A stretch of 56,518 bases of DNA from positions 1 through 56,518 of the forward strand of contig CAZRXN010000001.1 in NCBI GenBank assembly GCA_964604085.1, given 5' to 3'. The number at the start of each line of letters is the position of its first letter. Position 1 is the stretch's first letter. The stretch comes from an uncultured Candidatus Saccharibacteria bacterium. GTDB lineage: Bacteria; Patescibacteriota; Minisyncoccia; Phycocordibacterales; UBA2100. Below are positions 36,282 to 45,146 of the stretch, piece by piece. The translations under genes and the position numbers were made by a program. The notes below the pieces were generated by a model that was not told where the DNA came from, ran no database searches, and was given only the letters and a program-made list of their open reading frames with translations.

Positions 36282-36321
36282 GCTTCCACTTCCCCGTCTT
36301 CTATAGCACAATTAATACCTC

Positions 36322-36402
36322 GCCGGGGTGATGGAATGGTAGACATAGGAGACTTAAAATCTCCGAGCGCAAGCTGTGTGGGTTCGAGTCCCACCCCCGG
36401 CA
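36322..36402 (+). tRNA. tRNA-Leu (TAA)
   Basis: Acceptor GCCGGGG/CCCCGGC, anticodon stem GGAGA/TCTCC with loop CTTAAAA, long variable arm, T-arm GTGGG-TTCGAGT-CCCAC. Confidence 0.9.
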
Positions 36403-36420
36403 CTTGCGCGATGGGATAAT

Positions 36421-36449
36421 AAAAAAACCGCGGCACGTACGTGCCGCGG
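36421..36449 (-). terminator. rho-independent terminator of 36478..37119
   Basis: 22-nt perfect palindrome CCGCGGCACGTACGTGCCGCGG, followed on the minus strand by T7. Confidence 0.8.
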
Positions 36450-36477
36450 CATGACTGGCCATTACCCATCTCATGTT

Positions 36478-37119
36478 TCAGCCCACAGTATCAGGGCTCT
36501 TTATACGCTTGGCCGCATCTGCCCATATCTGATCGATCTCGGCGTCAGCCCGCCTCGCTAGCTCTTCTTTCGAGACGAACGCGTGCGGGACGCCCTGCGT
36601 GCGACCTGCGTGGTCCTCGGCTGCTTGTCTGGTGGGCCACCACTTTCGGATTCGGACATACGACGACTCTGAATTACCAGGGTCGTAGCCGACGATAAGT
36701 TGGCCGTACTGGTACCTCAAGTAGGCGATCGGTGCTTCGAAGATTTCGCGCTTTTCAGGATCAACTCCGTAGACCACCTGCCCAAGTTCGGGCACGTCAG
36801 CGGGAAGCGCTTTCATTTCAGGTGCCGTACCTTCAAATCGAATACGAGCGAACCACGATATGCGGCCCTCGCGCATGAGCCGCCGCACCTTATTGGAAGC
36901 GGCTCGCCGCGTAGCATATGGCTCTCCTTCGGTATTTGGTTCGAAACTGCCAATGAGCGTCGTTTTGATCCTGTCATGGGACTGTGCAATGGCGAAGCTG
37001 CTATCAAGCCCTGCAATGTGTATCACTCTGGCAGGCATGACACGGAATCGCGAATTTCGTCCAAAGTGCACATCGGCGATATAGCAAGGATCGCCCAGCT
37101 TCCATTTTCGATCGGCCAT
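36478..37119 (-). CDS. hypothetical protein (islet gene)
   Basis: 213-aa ORF with no recognisable motifs, possibly two small beta-rich modules. Has its own terminator. Confidence 0.55.
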   Translation of the reverse strand: MADRKWKLGDPCYIADVHFGRNSRFRVMPARVIHIAGLDSSFAIAQSHDRIKTTLIGSFEPNTEGEPYATRRAASNKVRRLMREGRISWFARIRFEGTAPEMKALPADVPELGQVVYGVDPEKREIFEAPIAYLRYQYGQLIVGYDPGNSESSYVRIRKWWPTRQAAEDHAGRTQGVPHAFVSKEELARRADAEIDQIWADAAKRIKSPDTVG

Positions 37120-37219
37120 ACCGGCCCCCTTTCTGTTGAGTGAGAACGGAAGAGTGCTTCTTCAACAGTATCGTGCATATAAAAATGCGTCCAGAGAGAA
37201 TCGCCCACTGCTGCGCATA

Positions 37220-37247
37220 TTGCGTTTGTTGGATAATATTGTATAAT
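37220..37247 (+). promoter_or_regulatory. sigma-70-like promoter TTGCGT-16-TATAAT
   Basis: Read directly from the sequence. Followed by AAAGGAGAGA and the ATG at 37278. Confidence 0.55.
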
Positions 37248-37277
37248 GCGGCCCGCTAACAGAGACGAAAGGAGAGA

Positions 37278-37805
37278 ATGATGTTTGTCCCTCTTTGGCT
37301 CTTCGTGCTGTTTGTCGCTGCCGCTGCATGGGCAATCGTGATTACGCTGCTATTCTTCTATCACAACCCGCTTCCCTTCCCCGATCGAGGTCATCGCTGC
37401 TTCGCCGTTCCTAACATAAAAGCGGCTGCATACATCGGGGGCATCTTGCGCGATCTTGGCGGGCTGTCGGAGAAGTTTACCTTTTTTGTTGGCGGTACAA
37501 CGCAAACACTGTTTTCCGATAACACGACCGTGTTGATCACGCATGACTCCCGACATTCCGTAGAGGAACTCCCACCGAATGCGCTTTCGCTTGTGTCGCA
37601 CGATCCTACTGTCGCCGCACGCGCAGCTGCCCAAAAGCTGCAAACGGCTGGATTCCAGGCAAAGGTACACCTCGACGTAATACCGACGCTCGGCGACAAG
37701 CTCGTGGCGGTCTCAAGCAATGCTTTCGACGGCTGGATACTCATCTTTCGACGGCACGCCCTCGCGATGGGCAAGCCGCCCGGCATGTGTAAGATCATTC
37801 AGTAA
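37278..37805 (+). CDS. hypothetical N-terminally membrane-anchored protein (islet gene)
   Basis: Strong SD. TM helix FVPLWLFVLFVAAAAWAIVITLLFF, then a soluble domain. Confidence 0.6.
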   Translation: MMFVPLWLFVLFVAAAAWAIVITLLFFYHNPLPFPDRGHRCFAVPNIKAAAYIGGILRDLGGLSEKFTFFVGGTTQTLFSDNTTVLITHDSRHSVEELPPNALSLVSHDPTVAARAAAQKLQTAGFQAKVHLDVIPTLGDKLVAVSSNAFDGWILIFRRHALAMGKPPGMCKIIQ

Positions 37806-37810
37806 AATCT

Positions 37811-37847
37811 TTGGGCGCCGCCCCTGTGCGGCGCCCAAACCTTTTTT
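37811..37847 (+). terminator. rho-independent terminator
   Basis: TTGGGCGCCGC-ccctgt-GCGGCGCCCAA followed by ACCTTTTTTG. Confidence 0.8.
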
Positions 37848-37872
37848 GTTGAGAGGGTGGTACGATGCGAGC

Positions 37873-38195
37873 ATGGCAGAAGACGGGAAGGGACATATCG
37901 ACTCGAGCACTGCATTTATGATGATTCTCGTGGCGCTGTTTCTTGACGGCACGCAAGCGCTCCTCGATTTTCTTATTATAGGTATTTTCGCGAACCCTCT
38001 TCTGGATATTTTGCCGCTATCCTCTTCGGTATGTGGTTTTCGCACCACGGCATCAGCGTCGTCGCATCGAAGCGCGCACTCGGTTTCGGCGGCACCATAA
38101 TCGGAGAATTCATTCCCCTCCTTAACGCTCTGCCACTCTGGACGGCATTCGTCGTCATTACCGCGCTCAAGAACCGAGTAAAGGAGAGTCTATAA
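37873..38195 (+). pseudogene. small polytopic membrane protein gene interrupted by a 1-nt frame change at a T4 run (~38009..38012)
   Basis: Frame 1 reads MAEDGKGHIDSSTAFMMILVALFLDGTQALLDFLIIGIFANPLLDI, then degenerates. The -1 frame continues as FAAILFGMWFSHHGISVVASKRALGFGGTIIGEFIPLLNALPLWTAFVVITALKNRVKESL up to TAA at 38193. Confidence 0.55.
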
Positions 38196-38202
38196 AATTG
38201 GG

Positions 38203-38275
38203 TCCCCCCAGTAGGACTCGAACCTACAACCAATCGCTTAAGAGGCGACTGCTCTGCCAATTGAGCTATAGGGGG
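38203..38275 (-). tRNA. tRNA-Lys (CTT)
   Basis: Acceptor CCCCCTA/TGGGGGG, D-arm GCTC-AATTGGCA-GAGC, anticodon loop CTCTTAA, T-arm GTAGG-TTCGAGT-CCTAC. Confidence 0.85.
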
Positions 38276-38338
38276 AATTAGGTAGGATTGTACACAAGTT
38301 TTGCAGATTGAGAATACGCATGATACACCGTATTTGAT

Positions 38339-38419
38339 GGGCAGGTGGCGGAATGGTAGACGCGCTAGCCTTAGGAGCTAGTCTCGCAAGAGGTGGGAGT
38401 TCGAGTCTCCCCCTGCCCA
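38339..38419 (+). tRNA. tRNA-Leu (TAG)
   Basis: Acceptor GGGCAGG/CCTGCCC, anticodon stem CTAGC/GCTAG with loop CTTAGGA, variable arm TCTCGCAAGAGGT (same as Leu-CAA), T-arm GGGAG-TTCGAGT-CTCCC. Confidence 0.9.
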
Positions 38420-38438
38420 CTGACAGCAGACCGTATAG

Positions 38439-38467
38439 TTGACGCTTTACGATTCTTTCCATACTGT
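38439..38467 (+). promoter_or_regulatory. candidate promoter TTGACG-17-TACTGT
   Basis: Read directly from the sequence. Lies upstream of AGGAGGAG and the ATG at 38502. Confidence 0.4.
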
Positions 38468-38501
38468 TCTTCCCAGCTAATTCCCAGCAGGAGGAGAAGA
38501 A

Positions 38502-38828
38502 ATGAGGGCGAGTCTCTTGTTACTGAGTCTTATCGGCCTTGTTGCCGCCATCATCGGTGTCGACCTCGTCTATTCAAGGACGCACGGCATTGCGATAACG
38601 TGCCGTGTCGACTCGATCACACAGGAGAGCCGTGATACGACCCTAGTTGCGTGGCTCTGTGATGGAGATATGTCCGAAATCGCACCTATGGGCGGCCCGA
38701 GCCTTCGTCAATTCCCCAAGGTCGGCGACACCGTGCGATGCACGAAATGGCGACCAAAAATTCTAGGGCCTCTCACAGGAGACATCGTCCAGGAATGCCA
38801 TCCAATAGCGCCTAGTATAGAGTCCTAG
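38502..38828 (+). CDS. small membrane-anchored protein with four Cys
   Basis: Strong SD AGGAGGAG. TM helix LLLLSLIGLVAAIIGVDLV. A terminator lies downstream. Confidence 0.6.
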   Translation: MRASLLLLSLIGLVAAIIGVDLVYSRTHGIAITCRVDSITQESRDTTLVAWLCDGDMSEIAPMGGPSLRQFPKVGDTVRCTKWRPKILGPLTGDIVQECHPIAPSIES

Positions 38829-38845
38829 TTCCTGTCTCGCACTTG

Positions 38846-38878
38846 ACCGCCCGGCATCTGTCGGGCGGTTTTCTATTG
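38846..38878 (+). terminator. rho-independent terminator
   Basis: ACCGCCCG-gcatctgt-CGGGCGGT followed by TTTTCTATT. Confidence 0.8.
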
Positions 38879-38880
38879 CT

Positions 38881-39189
38881 CTAAAAATTGAATCCGTTGA
38901 CGATATCGTTCGCGCGGCTCACGTCGGGAGAGGCGAGATCGAGCCCGAAGGTGTTCGTGATCAGCGCAACGATGCCGTACACGGAAACCATGATGAGCAT
39001 GCCGACCATGCCCCAGATCATGTGCCGGACGCCATTCTCGCGTCCACTCGACTGTTCTACCTTAAAGAGAAACTCAACAAGCCCGAAAAGGAACAGGAGA
39101 AAACCCGCCGTGAAGATGAGGAGTATCGCAGGATCGATGATGTACGTTACAAAACGACCCAGCACTTCTTGACCTGCGCCCGGTTGCAT
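38881..39189 (-). CDS. small two-TM protein, paralog family member 5 (no signal peptide evident)
   Basis: Two TM helices. Shares the motif R..(I/F)WG(M/I)V...(I/F)(M/V)VSV(Y/W)GI with 39213.., 39676.. and 39892.. Confidence 0.65.
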   Translation of the reverse strand: MQPGAGQEVLGRFVTYIIDPAILLIFTAGFLLFLFGLVEFLFKVEQSSGRENGVRHMIWGMVGMLIMVSVYGIVALITNTFGLDLASPDVSRANDIVNGFNF

Positions 39190-39212
39190 ACGAGGCAGCG
39201 CGGCTTATCAGA

Positions 39213-39581
39213 TTAGAATCCAGGGTAGCCGCCGGTCGTAACCTGAATACCCTTCGGTACGATCGGATCGGTAGACGTTACCTTGAAGGTGCTCTGCAGA
39301 AGGCGGATGATGCCCCATATGGAAACCATCACGAAAATCGCGACGATGCCCCAAAGCATGAGATTGAGACCTGCCTTCGCATTATCGGATCCGAGAGCGC
39401 GCAAGTACTGGATGAGGCCCCAAAAGAATACGAGGATCGCGACAGTGATGAGGAGGCCGATCGCCGCGTTCAAGAACGTATTGATGAGGGCGAGGGTATT
39501 GAGAAGCGTCTGCGCTGATGCGAGTGATGGCAGGAGCAGCGAGGCTGTCGCAAGTGTGGAAACGGCTATACGTGAGCGCAT
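39213..39581 (-). CDS. small secreted two-TM protein, paralog family member 4
   Basis: Signal peptide ending ASAQ. Two TM helices. Motif LMLWGIVAIFVMVSIWGII. Confidence 0.7.
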   Translation of the reverse strand: MRSRIAVSTLATASLLLPSLASAQTLLNTLALINTFLNAAIGLLITVAILVFFWGLIQYLRALGSDNAKAGLNLMLWGIVAIFVMVSIWGIIRLLQSTFKVTSTDPIVPKGIQVTTGGYPGF

Positions 39582-39611
39582 GATAGTGAGAAAGATATTA
39601 ATAGTGCTTTC

Positions 39612-39639
39612 ATTGTATAGGTGGCGAGCAGGAACACAA
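39612..39639 (-). promoter_or_regulatory. candidate internal promoter TTGTGT-16-TACAAT (minus strand)
   Basis: Lies in the only sizeable gap of the array (39582..39675). Confidence 0.3.
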
Positions 39640-39675
39640 CGGGCTCCGAGGAGCCGTGTGGATAAGCCGAAGGAC

Positions 39676-39888
39676 TCACTCGAAGACTCGTAACAAGATC
39701 TCGATACAGACCACCACGAAAAGGATGGCGACTCCCCACTCCATTACGACGATTCCCTTTTTGCGATTCTCCCGTCCAAGCCGCGAGAGGTACAGGATGA
39801 AGCCACCCGTAAAGCAGCCAAACGAAATCGCCCCGAAGAGCCCGATAATGCCGTAGGTACCGGCGCGCACCACATCGAGAAATTCCAT
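39676..39888 (-). CDS. small two-TM protein, paralog family member 3 (70 aa)
   Basis: Two TM helices. Motif RKKGIVVMEWGVAILFVVV. Starts 3 nt after the upstream stop. Confidence 0.6.
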   Translation of the reverse strand: MEFLDVVRAGTYGIIGLFGAISFGCFTGGFILYLSRLGRENRKKGIVVMEWGVAILFVVVCIEILLRVFE

Positions 39889-39891
39889 ACC

Positions 39892-40281
39892 CTACTCGAT
39901 GACTCCGGCTTGCTCCGGAGAGAGAAAGCCGCCGGACTGCGCGCTCCCCTGCGAGGAAAAATCGACACCCGTGGAGAGAAAAGTGGCTTTGAGCAACGCG
40001 AGGATGCCCCACACCGATACCATGACGAAGAGAATCACGATGCCCCACACGAAGAAGTTGCGCCGTTTCTCCGCGCCCTTTTCCCCATCGCCGAAGTGGA
40101 TGATGTTGGAGGAGACCCCGAATAGGTACACGACCAGGCCAGCGACGACGAGGACGCCGATCCCCCGATTCATGAGCGACACAAGGTACTCGGCAAGTTC
40201 TTTAAATGTACGCGGCGCGGCGAGGGCGACGAGCGGAACGAGAAGTACCGCCGCGCCAGTCAGGATCGGTCGCAGCCGCAT
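39892..40281 (-). CDS. small secreted two-TM protein, paralog family member 2
   Basis: Signal peptide (LVALAAP). Motif RRNFFVWGIVILFVMVSVWGIL. Starts 1 nt after the upstream stop. Confidence 0.7.
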   Translation of the reverse strand: MRLRPILTGAAVLLVPLVALAAPRTFKELAEYLVSLMNRGIGVLVVAGLVVYLFGVSSNIIHFGDGEKGAEKRRNFFVWGIVILFVMVSVWGILALLKATFLSTGVDFSSQGSAQSGGFLSPEQAGVIE

Positions 40282-40282
40282 A

Positions 40283-40639
40283 TCAATTGCCCATAAGTTG
40301 GGTTACCGTGCCGCCGATGAGCGTCGCGAGCACCCATGCGCCGAGAATGAGCGTCGTCCCCAGGAGCACGTAGAGAAAGTTCGTGTGCGCCGTTTTTATT
40401 TTATCGCTGTTCCCTCGCGCCCAGACATACATGAACCCCGCGATCACGATGAACACCGTAATGATCGGCAGCGCGATCATCACCACCGCGCGCATAGCTC
40501 CTTCGATGAATTCAGAGAGCGTGTCGAATCCCGTGAGCGGATTTTGCAGCGTTTGCGCGAGCGCTGGGAAAGCAAAAAAGAGGAGCGCCGAGCCGATGAG
40601 CGTGGGGAGGATCCACCTGATGTGCGTCATAAGGGTCAT
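40283..40639 (-). CDS. VirB2/TrbC-like (T4SS-pilin-like) small secreted two-TM protein, member 1
   Basis: Signal peptide ending PALAQ, then TLQNPL..., two TM helices separated by ARGNSDKIKTAH. ATGA overlap with the upstream SBP gene. Confidence 0.7.
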   Translation of the reverse strand: MTLMTHIRWILPTLIGSALLFFAFPALAQTLQNPLTGFDTLSEFIEGAMRAVVMIALPIITVFIVIAGFMYVWARGNSDKIKTAHTNFLYVLLGTTLILGAWVLATLIGGTVTQLMGN

Positions 40640-41991
40640 GAGTTGATGAGTTGGGAGAGCGCCTGCTCCGCTCTCTGGACTGATTCCTGCACGCCGAGTG
40701 CGCCACTGGTCACGTTTTCAATCATATCGCGGAAGATCTCCTCTGTCCTTTCGGAATCGGGATCTATCCACGTACGACTGATAAGGGCCTGAGAGGCGAT
40801 GAGGATCTCAACGCTCTGCCGGGGCTGCAGGAGTTGCGCCGTGGCATTCGCATTCGCGGCGGACACCTGTTGCTCGAGCACGTCGCGACGCGCCGAAGGG
40901 ATGCCGAGCGCGATAGAGAGCAGCTGGGAGGCCTCGGGGGATGCGAGCAGGTAACTTACGGTCCTGCCGCCGACCGGATTGTGCGCCGCTCTTGGCACGG
41001 CAAATCCATACACGTGCGCGAACGTGAGTCGAGGTGCGCCCGGATCACTCGAGAGCTGCGGCACGCCCGAGATGCCGAAATTGAGATTAGGGTTCATTTG
41101 GCGCAAGAGCGGCTCCTCGCTCGCGTAGCCAATATAGAGCGCGAGATCGCCCGCCGCGAAGCTCTCGCGCGAGCCGGGCAGGGATCGATTCCAGCTATAG
41201 TACGAGGCCGACGGATTCGCGAAGGCGGTGTAAAAATTAAGCGCGCCCTGCGACGGAAGCTCCGATTCCCCCGTTCGCGGCACGAGCGCGGGAATGAGCT
41301 TGCCAGCACCGTCGTAGGCGGTGATCGCCCCACCCGCCTGAAGGATCAGCATCGAGAGAATGTCCTTCGCATGCTGTACATTTTGGTACTCGCCAAATGC
41401 GACGGCGCTCTTCTCGATCGTGTTGGATTGCGTGCGCTTCGATACGTCGGACGCAAAGGTATAAAACTTCTCGTTCCACTCCGAGGGGGGCTGCGTGAAT
41501 CCGGAGGCGGCCAAGAGATCGCGATTCCAATACAGGACGAGTGGGTCCACAACGAGGGGCACCGCAAGCGAACCAGTCGAGCCGACGAATGAGGAGGCCG
41601 CATCCACGAACGTGCTCTGGTACTGCGTCGCCGAAAGCTGCTCAAAGGGGATAATTGCGATCTTACTCGCATCTTTCGGCCCGAAATCCTGTCGCAGGAT
41701 AAACACATCCGGACCTGCTCCGGACGCGAGTGCGTCCGAAAGTTCCCGCTCGTACGTCCGCTCATCTTTTTGGACGTAGGTGACCTGCTTGAGCTGCGAC
41801 TGCGTCTCGGAGAGCTGCCGCAATACGACGTTGAAAGCTGCTTGGTCGAGCGTGCCCCATATAACGACGGGTCCGATCGCCGTATTCTTGGAGCCGCCGA
41901 TGACGAATGCGAAAATCAATACACCCGCGACTGCGAACGCTCCGAAGAGACCGAGCATCACCGCCTGGAATGCACTGAATCGCCCTTTCAT
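40636..41991 (-). CDS. membrane-anchored extracellular solute-binding protein (ABC family-1 SBP-like), orphan
   Basis: N-terminal TM anchor. SBP-like blocks (PDVFIL, VVDPLVLYWNRDLL, ...YGFAVP). No permease or ATPase genes in the window. Confidence 0.7.
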   Translation of the reverse strand: MKGRFSAFQAVMLGLFGAFAVAGVLIFAFVIGGSKNTAIGPVVIWGTLDQAAFNVVLRQLSETQSQLKQVTYVQKDERTYERELSDALASGAGPDVFILRQDFGPKDASKIAIIPFEQLSATQYQSTFVDAASSFVGSTGSLAVPLVVDPLVLYWNRDLLAASGFTQPPSEWNEKFYTFASDVSKRTQSNTIEKSAVAFGEYQNVQHAKDILSMLILQAGGAITAYDGAGKLIPALVPRTGESELPSQGALNFYTAFANPSASYYSWNRSLPGSRESFAAGDLALYIGYASEEPLLRQMNPNLNFGISGVPQLSSDPGAPRLTFAHVYGFAVPRAAHNPVGGRTVSYLLASPEASQLLSIALGIPSARRDVLEQQVSAANANATAQLLQPRQSVEILIASQALISRTWIDPDSERTEEIFRDMIENVTSGALGVQESVQRAEQALSQLINS

Positions 41992-42536
41992 ACCCGCTTG
42001 AAGATCAGCCCATAATGATGTTCACCTGCCGGAAACTCCCTCACTAGCGAGAATCCCACTTTCTCAGCAAGCGACAGCGCCGTCTCCTTCGATACGACGT
42101 GATCCGCTCGCGGGCCGATCGCGCCGGCGCTCTCGCTCCAATCGATGATGACGAGTCGGCCCGTGGGCTTCAGCACGCGCAGCGCCTCTTCGAGCGCGAG
42201 GTGTGTATCCTCTGTCTGAAACAGCACATTGGAGAGGAGGACGAGATTGGCCGACCCATCGTGCAGCTTCGATCCGCTCTCCGACTCGATATCGCCCCAG
42301 AGCACTTCCACGTTCGTGAGGCCGCGGCGCTGCGCCTCATTGCCGATGCGGCGGAGCAGATCCTTCTGGACGTCTATCGCATACACGCGGCCGCTGCCGG
42401 CCATGCGCGAGGCGATCGCGAATACGTACGCGCCGCTACCCGCGCCGAAATCTGCAACCGTCATCCCCGGCTCTATATTCAAAAAATCGACCGCGCGCTC
42501 CGGATCGGCGAATGCGCCGCGGGGGATTGATTCCAT
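41988..42536 (-). CDS. class I SAM-dependent methyltransferase
   Basis: Motif I VADFGAGSGAYV, acidic post-I AIDV, and the LKPTGRLVIID motif. Confidence 0.8.
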   Translation of the reverse strand: MESIPRGAFADPERAVDFLNIEPGMTVADFGAGSGAYVFAIASRMAGSGRVYAIDVQKDLLRRIGNEAQRRGLTNVEVLWGDIESESGSKLHDGSANLVLLSNVLFQTEDTHLALEEALRVLKPTGRLVIIDWSESAGAIGPRADHVVSKETALSLAEKVGFSLVREFPAGEHHYGLIFKRV

Positions 42537-42584
42537 GCACCCATTATACCGGGCTTCCGCAGGGCGCTGTGCGGCAATACACAG

Positions 42585-45083
42585 CTAGGCCGCACTCTCC
42601 TGCCCCTCCTTGCCGGTAAGCGCGACACATGCGGCGATCTTATCGCCCGCGCGCAATTTCATAATGCGTACGCCCTGCGTCGCGCGAGAAAGCGAGCGAA
42701 TCTCCTCGAGTCCCGTGCGGATGACCTGACTCTTTTGCGACATTGCCACGATCTCACCTCCCTCTCCGACGACCATCGCCGCGATCAGCGGCCCCGTCTT
42801 TGCCGTCGTGGAGGCGGTGCGTATGCCGCTGCCGCCGCGCCCCTGTACCTTATACTCCGAGATGGGCGTCTTCTTGCCGAAGCCGAGCGCCGAAAGCACC
42901 AAAAGCTCCGCGCCCTTCGTATCCTTTTCGACAACGCCGGTGCCGATGATGTGATCTCCTGCGTCGAGCCGCATGCCGCGCACCCCCGCCGCCTGTCGGC
43001 CCATTTCCCGCACATCCGCTTCCTTGAAACGAATGGACTGTCCCTTGGAGGTAACGAGGAAAATCGTGTCGCCCTTGCGCACGAATCGCGCGCTGATGAG
43101 GGCATCGCCCTTGTCGAGCGAGATGGCGATGAGGCCGCTGCGCCGTACTTCTTTAAATTTATCCGCCGAGACTTTTTTGACGGTACCCTGCTTCGTCGTC
43201 ATGAGGAGCGCGAGCCCTTCGCTCGCCCGCACCGCTTTCGGCACGGCGAGAATGGAGGTGATCACCTCGCCCTGCTCCAGCGAAAGGAAGTTCATGATCG
43301 ATTTGCCGCGCGTGGCGCGCTTACCCTCCGGGAGTTCGTACATCTTGAGCTGGTACACCTTGCCCCGATCGGAGAAAAAGAGCAGATCGCTGTGCGTCGA
43401 AGCCGTGAGGAACTGCGTTACGAAGTCTTCCTCTTTCGTATTGAGATCGACGACGCCGACGCCCCCACGCTTCTGGCGCCGGTATTCCGCCGGATTCGTA
43501 CGCTTGATGTATCCGCCCTGCGTGAGCACGAGCACGCTCTCTTCGTCCGCCACGAGATCCTCTGCGGAGAGGAGTTGCGCCGGACGCTTTACGATCTTGG
43601 TGCGGCGATCGTCTCCATACTTCTCCGAGAGTTCGGCCACTTCTTTCTTTATGAGATCCATCAGCTTCTTCTCGCTCTTAAGGAGTGCGGTGAGCTCCGC
43701 GATGAGCGCCTGCACCTCTTTGAGCTCGTCTTCCACCTTCTGCCGCTCGAGTCCGGCGAGCTTCTGCAGCCGCATTTCGAGAATGGCATTCGCCTGTATC
43801 TCGGAAAAGCGGAACTCTTTCATGAGTCCGGCGCGTGCGCTCTCCACATCCTTACTCTTCTTGATGAGCGCGATGATTTTATCGATATGATCGAGCGCTT
43901 TCTTGAGGCCGAGCAGGATGTGCTCGCGCGCCTGCGCTTTCGCGAGATCGAATCTCGTGCGGCGGATCACCACCTCTTTGCGATGCCCGATGAACGATTC
44001 GATAATCGCTTTCAGCGAGAGTGTCTTCGGCACGCCGTCGACGAGAGCCACGACGTTGTAATGGAACGTTTCCTCGAGCTGCGTGTGCTTGTAGAGGTAG
44101 TTCAGGATCGTCTGCGGGTGCGCACTGCCCTTCAGCTCGACGACGACGCGGATGTCCTTCGTGGATTCGTCGCGAATGTCCCGGATGCCCTCGAGCTTCT
44201 TGCTGTGCACGAGCTCCGCGATTTTCTGCAAAAGGTCCGCCTTGTTCACGCGGTACGGAATCGACGTGATGATCACCTGGTAGTCACCCTTCTTACCCTC
44301 CACGATCTCCGCATTGCCGCGCACGACGACGCCGCCGCGCCCTGTCGCGTACGCGTGCGCGATATCTTTCTCATTGAACGCGATGCAGCCCGTCGGAAAG
44401 TCGGGACCCTTGATGAACTCGAGGAGATCGTCGGTTGTCGCCTCCGGATGTTCGATGAGGTGCACGGTCGCATCGGCGACTTCCCGCATGTTGTGCGGCG
44501 GGATGTTGGTCGCCATACCCACGGCGATGCCGAGCGTGCCGTTGAGGAGCAAGTTCGGCGCGGCGGCCGGCAGCACCTCCGGCTCCATCTTCGTGTTGTC
44601 GTAGTTCGGTCGGAAATTGACCGTTTCCTTTTCGATATCCTTCAGCATTTCTCCGGCGAGCCGGCTCAATTTCGCCTCCGTGTAGCGCATCGCCGCCGGT
44701 GCATCGCCATCGATCGAGCCGAAGTTACCTTGCCCGATGATGAGCGGATAGCGCATCGAGAAGTCCTGCGCGAGCTTTACCATCGCGTCATATACCGCGA
44801 CGTCTCCGTGCGGATGGTATTTACCGAGCACCTCACCGACGACGGTCGCGGATTTGCGAGTCTTCGCGCTCGCGCCGAGCCCTATCTCATGCATGGCGAA
44901 GAGGATGCGTCGGTGCACCGGCTTCAAGCCGTCCCGCACATCCGGAAGCGCGCGCGCCGTAATGACCGACATTGCATAATTGAGATACGATTCGCGCATC
45001 TCCGCGGTGATCGAGCGCGGGAGCACACCGGAATCATTCGGAGCGCTCTCTTGCGGCTCTATATCGTCCTTTTTTCGGGCCAT
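42585..45083 (-). CDS. gyrA: DNA gyrase subunit A
   Basis: [16 protein letters not shown], the active-site region AAMRYTE, and C-terminal beta-pinwheel repeats. Confidence 0.95.
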   Translation of the reverse strand: MARKKDDIEPQESAPNDSGVLPRSITAEMRESYLNYAMSVITARALPDVRDGLKPVHRRILFAMHEIGLGASAKTRKSATVVGEVLGKYHPHGDVAVYDAMVKLAQDFSMRYPLIIGQGNFGSIDGDAPAAMRYTEAKLSRLAGEMLKDIEKETVNFRPNYDNTKMEPEVLPAAAPNLLLNGTLGIAVGMATNIPPHNMREVADATVHLIEHPEATTDDLLEFIKGPDFPTGCIAFNEKDIAHAYATGRGGVVVRGNAEIVEGKKGDYQVIITSIPYRVNKADLLQKIAELVHSKKLEGIRDIRDESTKDIRVVVELKGSAHPQTILNYLYKHTQLEETFHYNVVALVDGVPKTLSLKAIIESFIGHRKEVVIRRTRFDLAKAQAREHILLGLKKALDHIDKIIALIKKSKDVESARAGLMKEFRFSEIQANAILEMRLQKLAGLERQKVEDELKEVQALIAELTALLKSEKKLMDLIKKEVAELSEKYGDDRRTKIVKRPAQLLSAEDLVADEESVLVLTQGGYIKRTNPAEYRRQKRGGVGVVDLNTKEEDFVTQFLTASTHSDLLFFSDRGKVYQLKMYELPEGKRATRGKSIMNFLSLEQGEVITSILAVPKAVRASEGLALLMTTKQGTVKKVSADKFKEVRRSGLIAISLDKGDALISARFVRKGDTIFLVTSKGQSIRFKEADVREMGRQAAGVRGMRLDAGDHIIGTGVVEKDTKGAELLVLSALGFGKKTPISEYKVQGRGGSGIRTASTTAKTGPLIAAMVVGEGGEIVAMSQKSQVIRTGLEEIRSLSRATQGVRIMKLRAGDKIAACVALTGKEGQESAA

Positions 45084-45146
45084 ACGTGCTCAAAATATAC
45101 CATATATTGAGTCATTTTTCACCCCGAGGCGAGTGAGCGAGGCGAA

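Noticed and set aside
42735-45110. 791-aa ORF on the plus strand
   Set aside because: It is entirely antisense to gyrA, which has unmistakable motifs. Its translation is Arg/Leu/His-rich low-complexity sequence, typical of shadow ORFs in GC-rich DNA.
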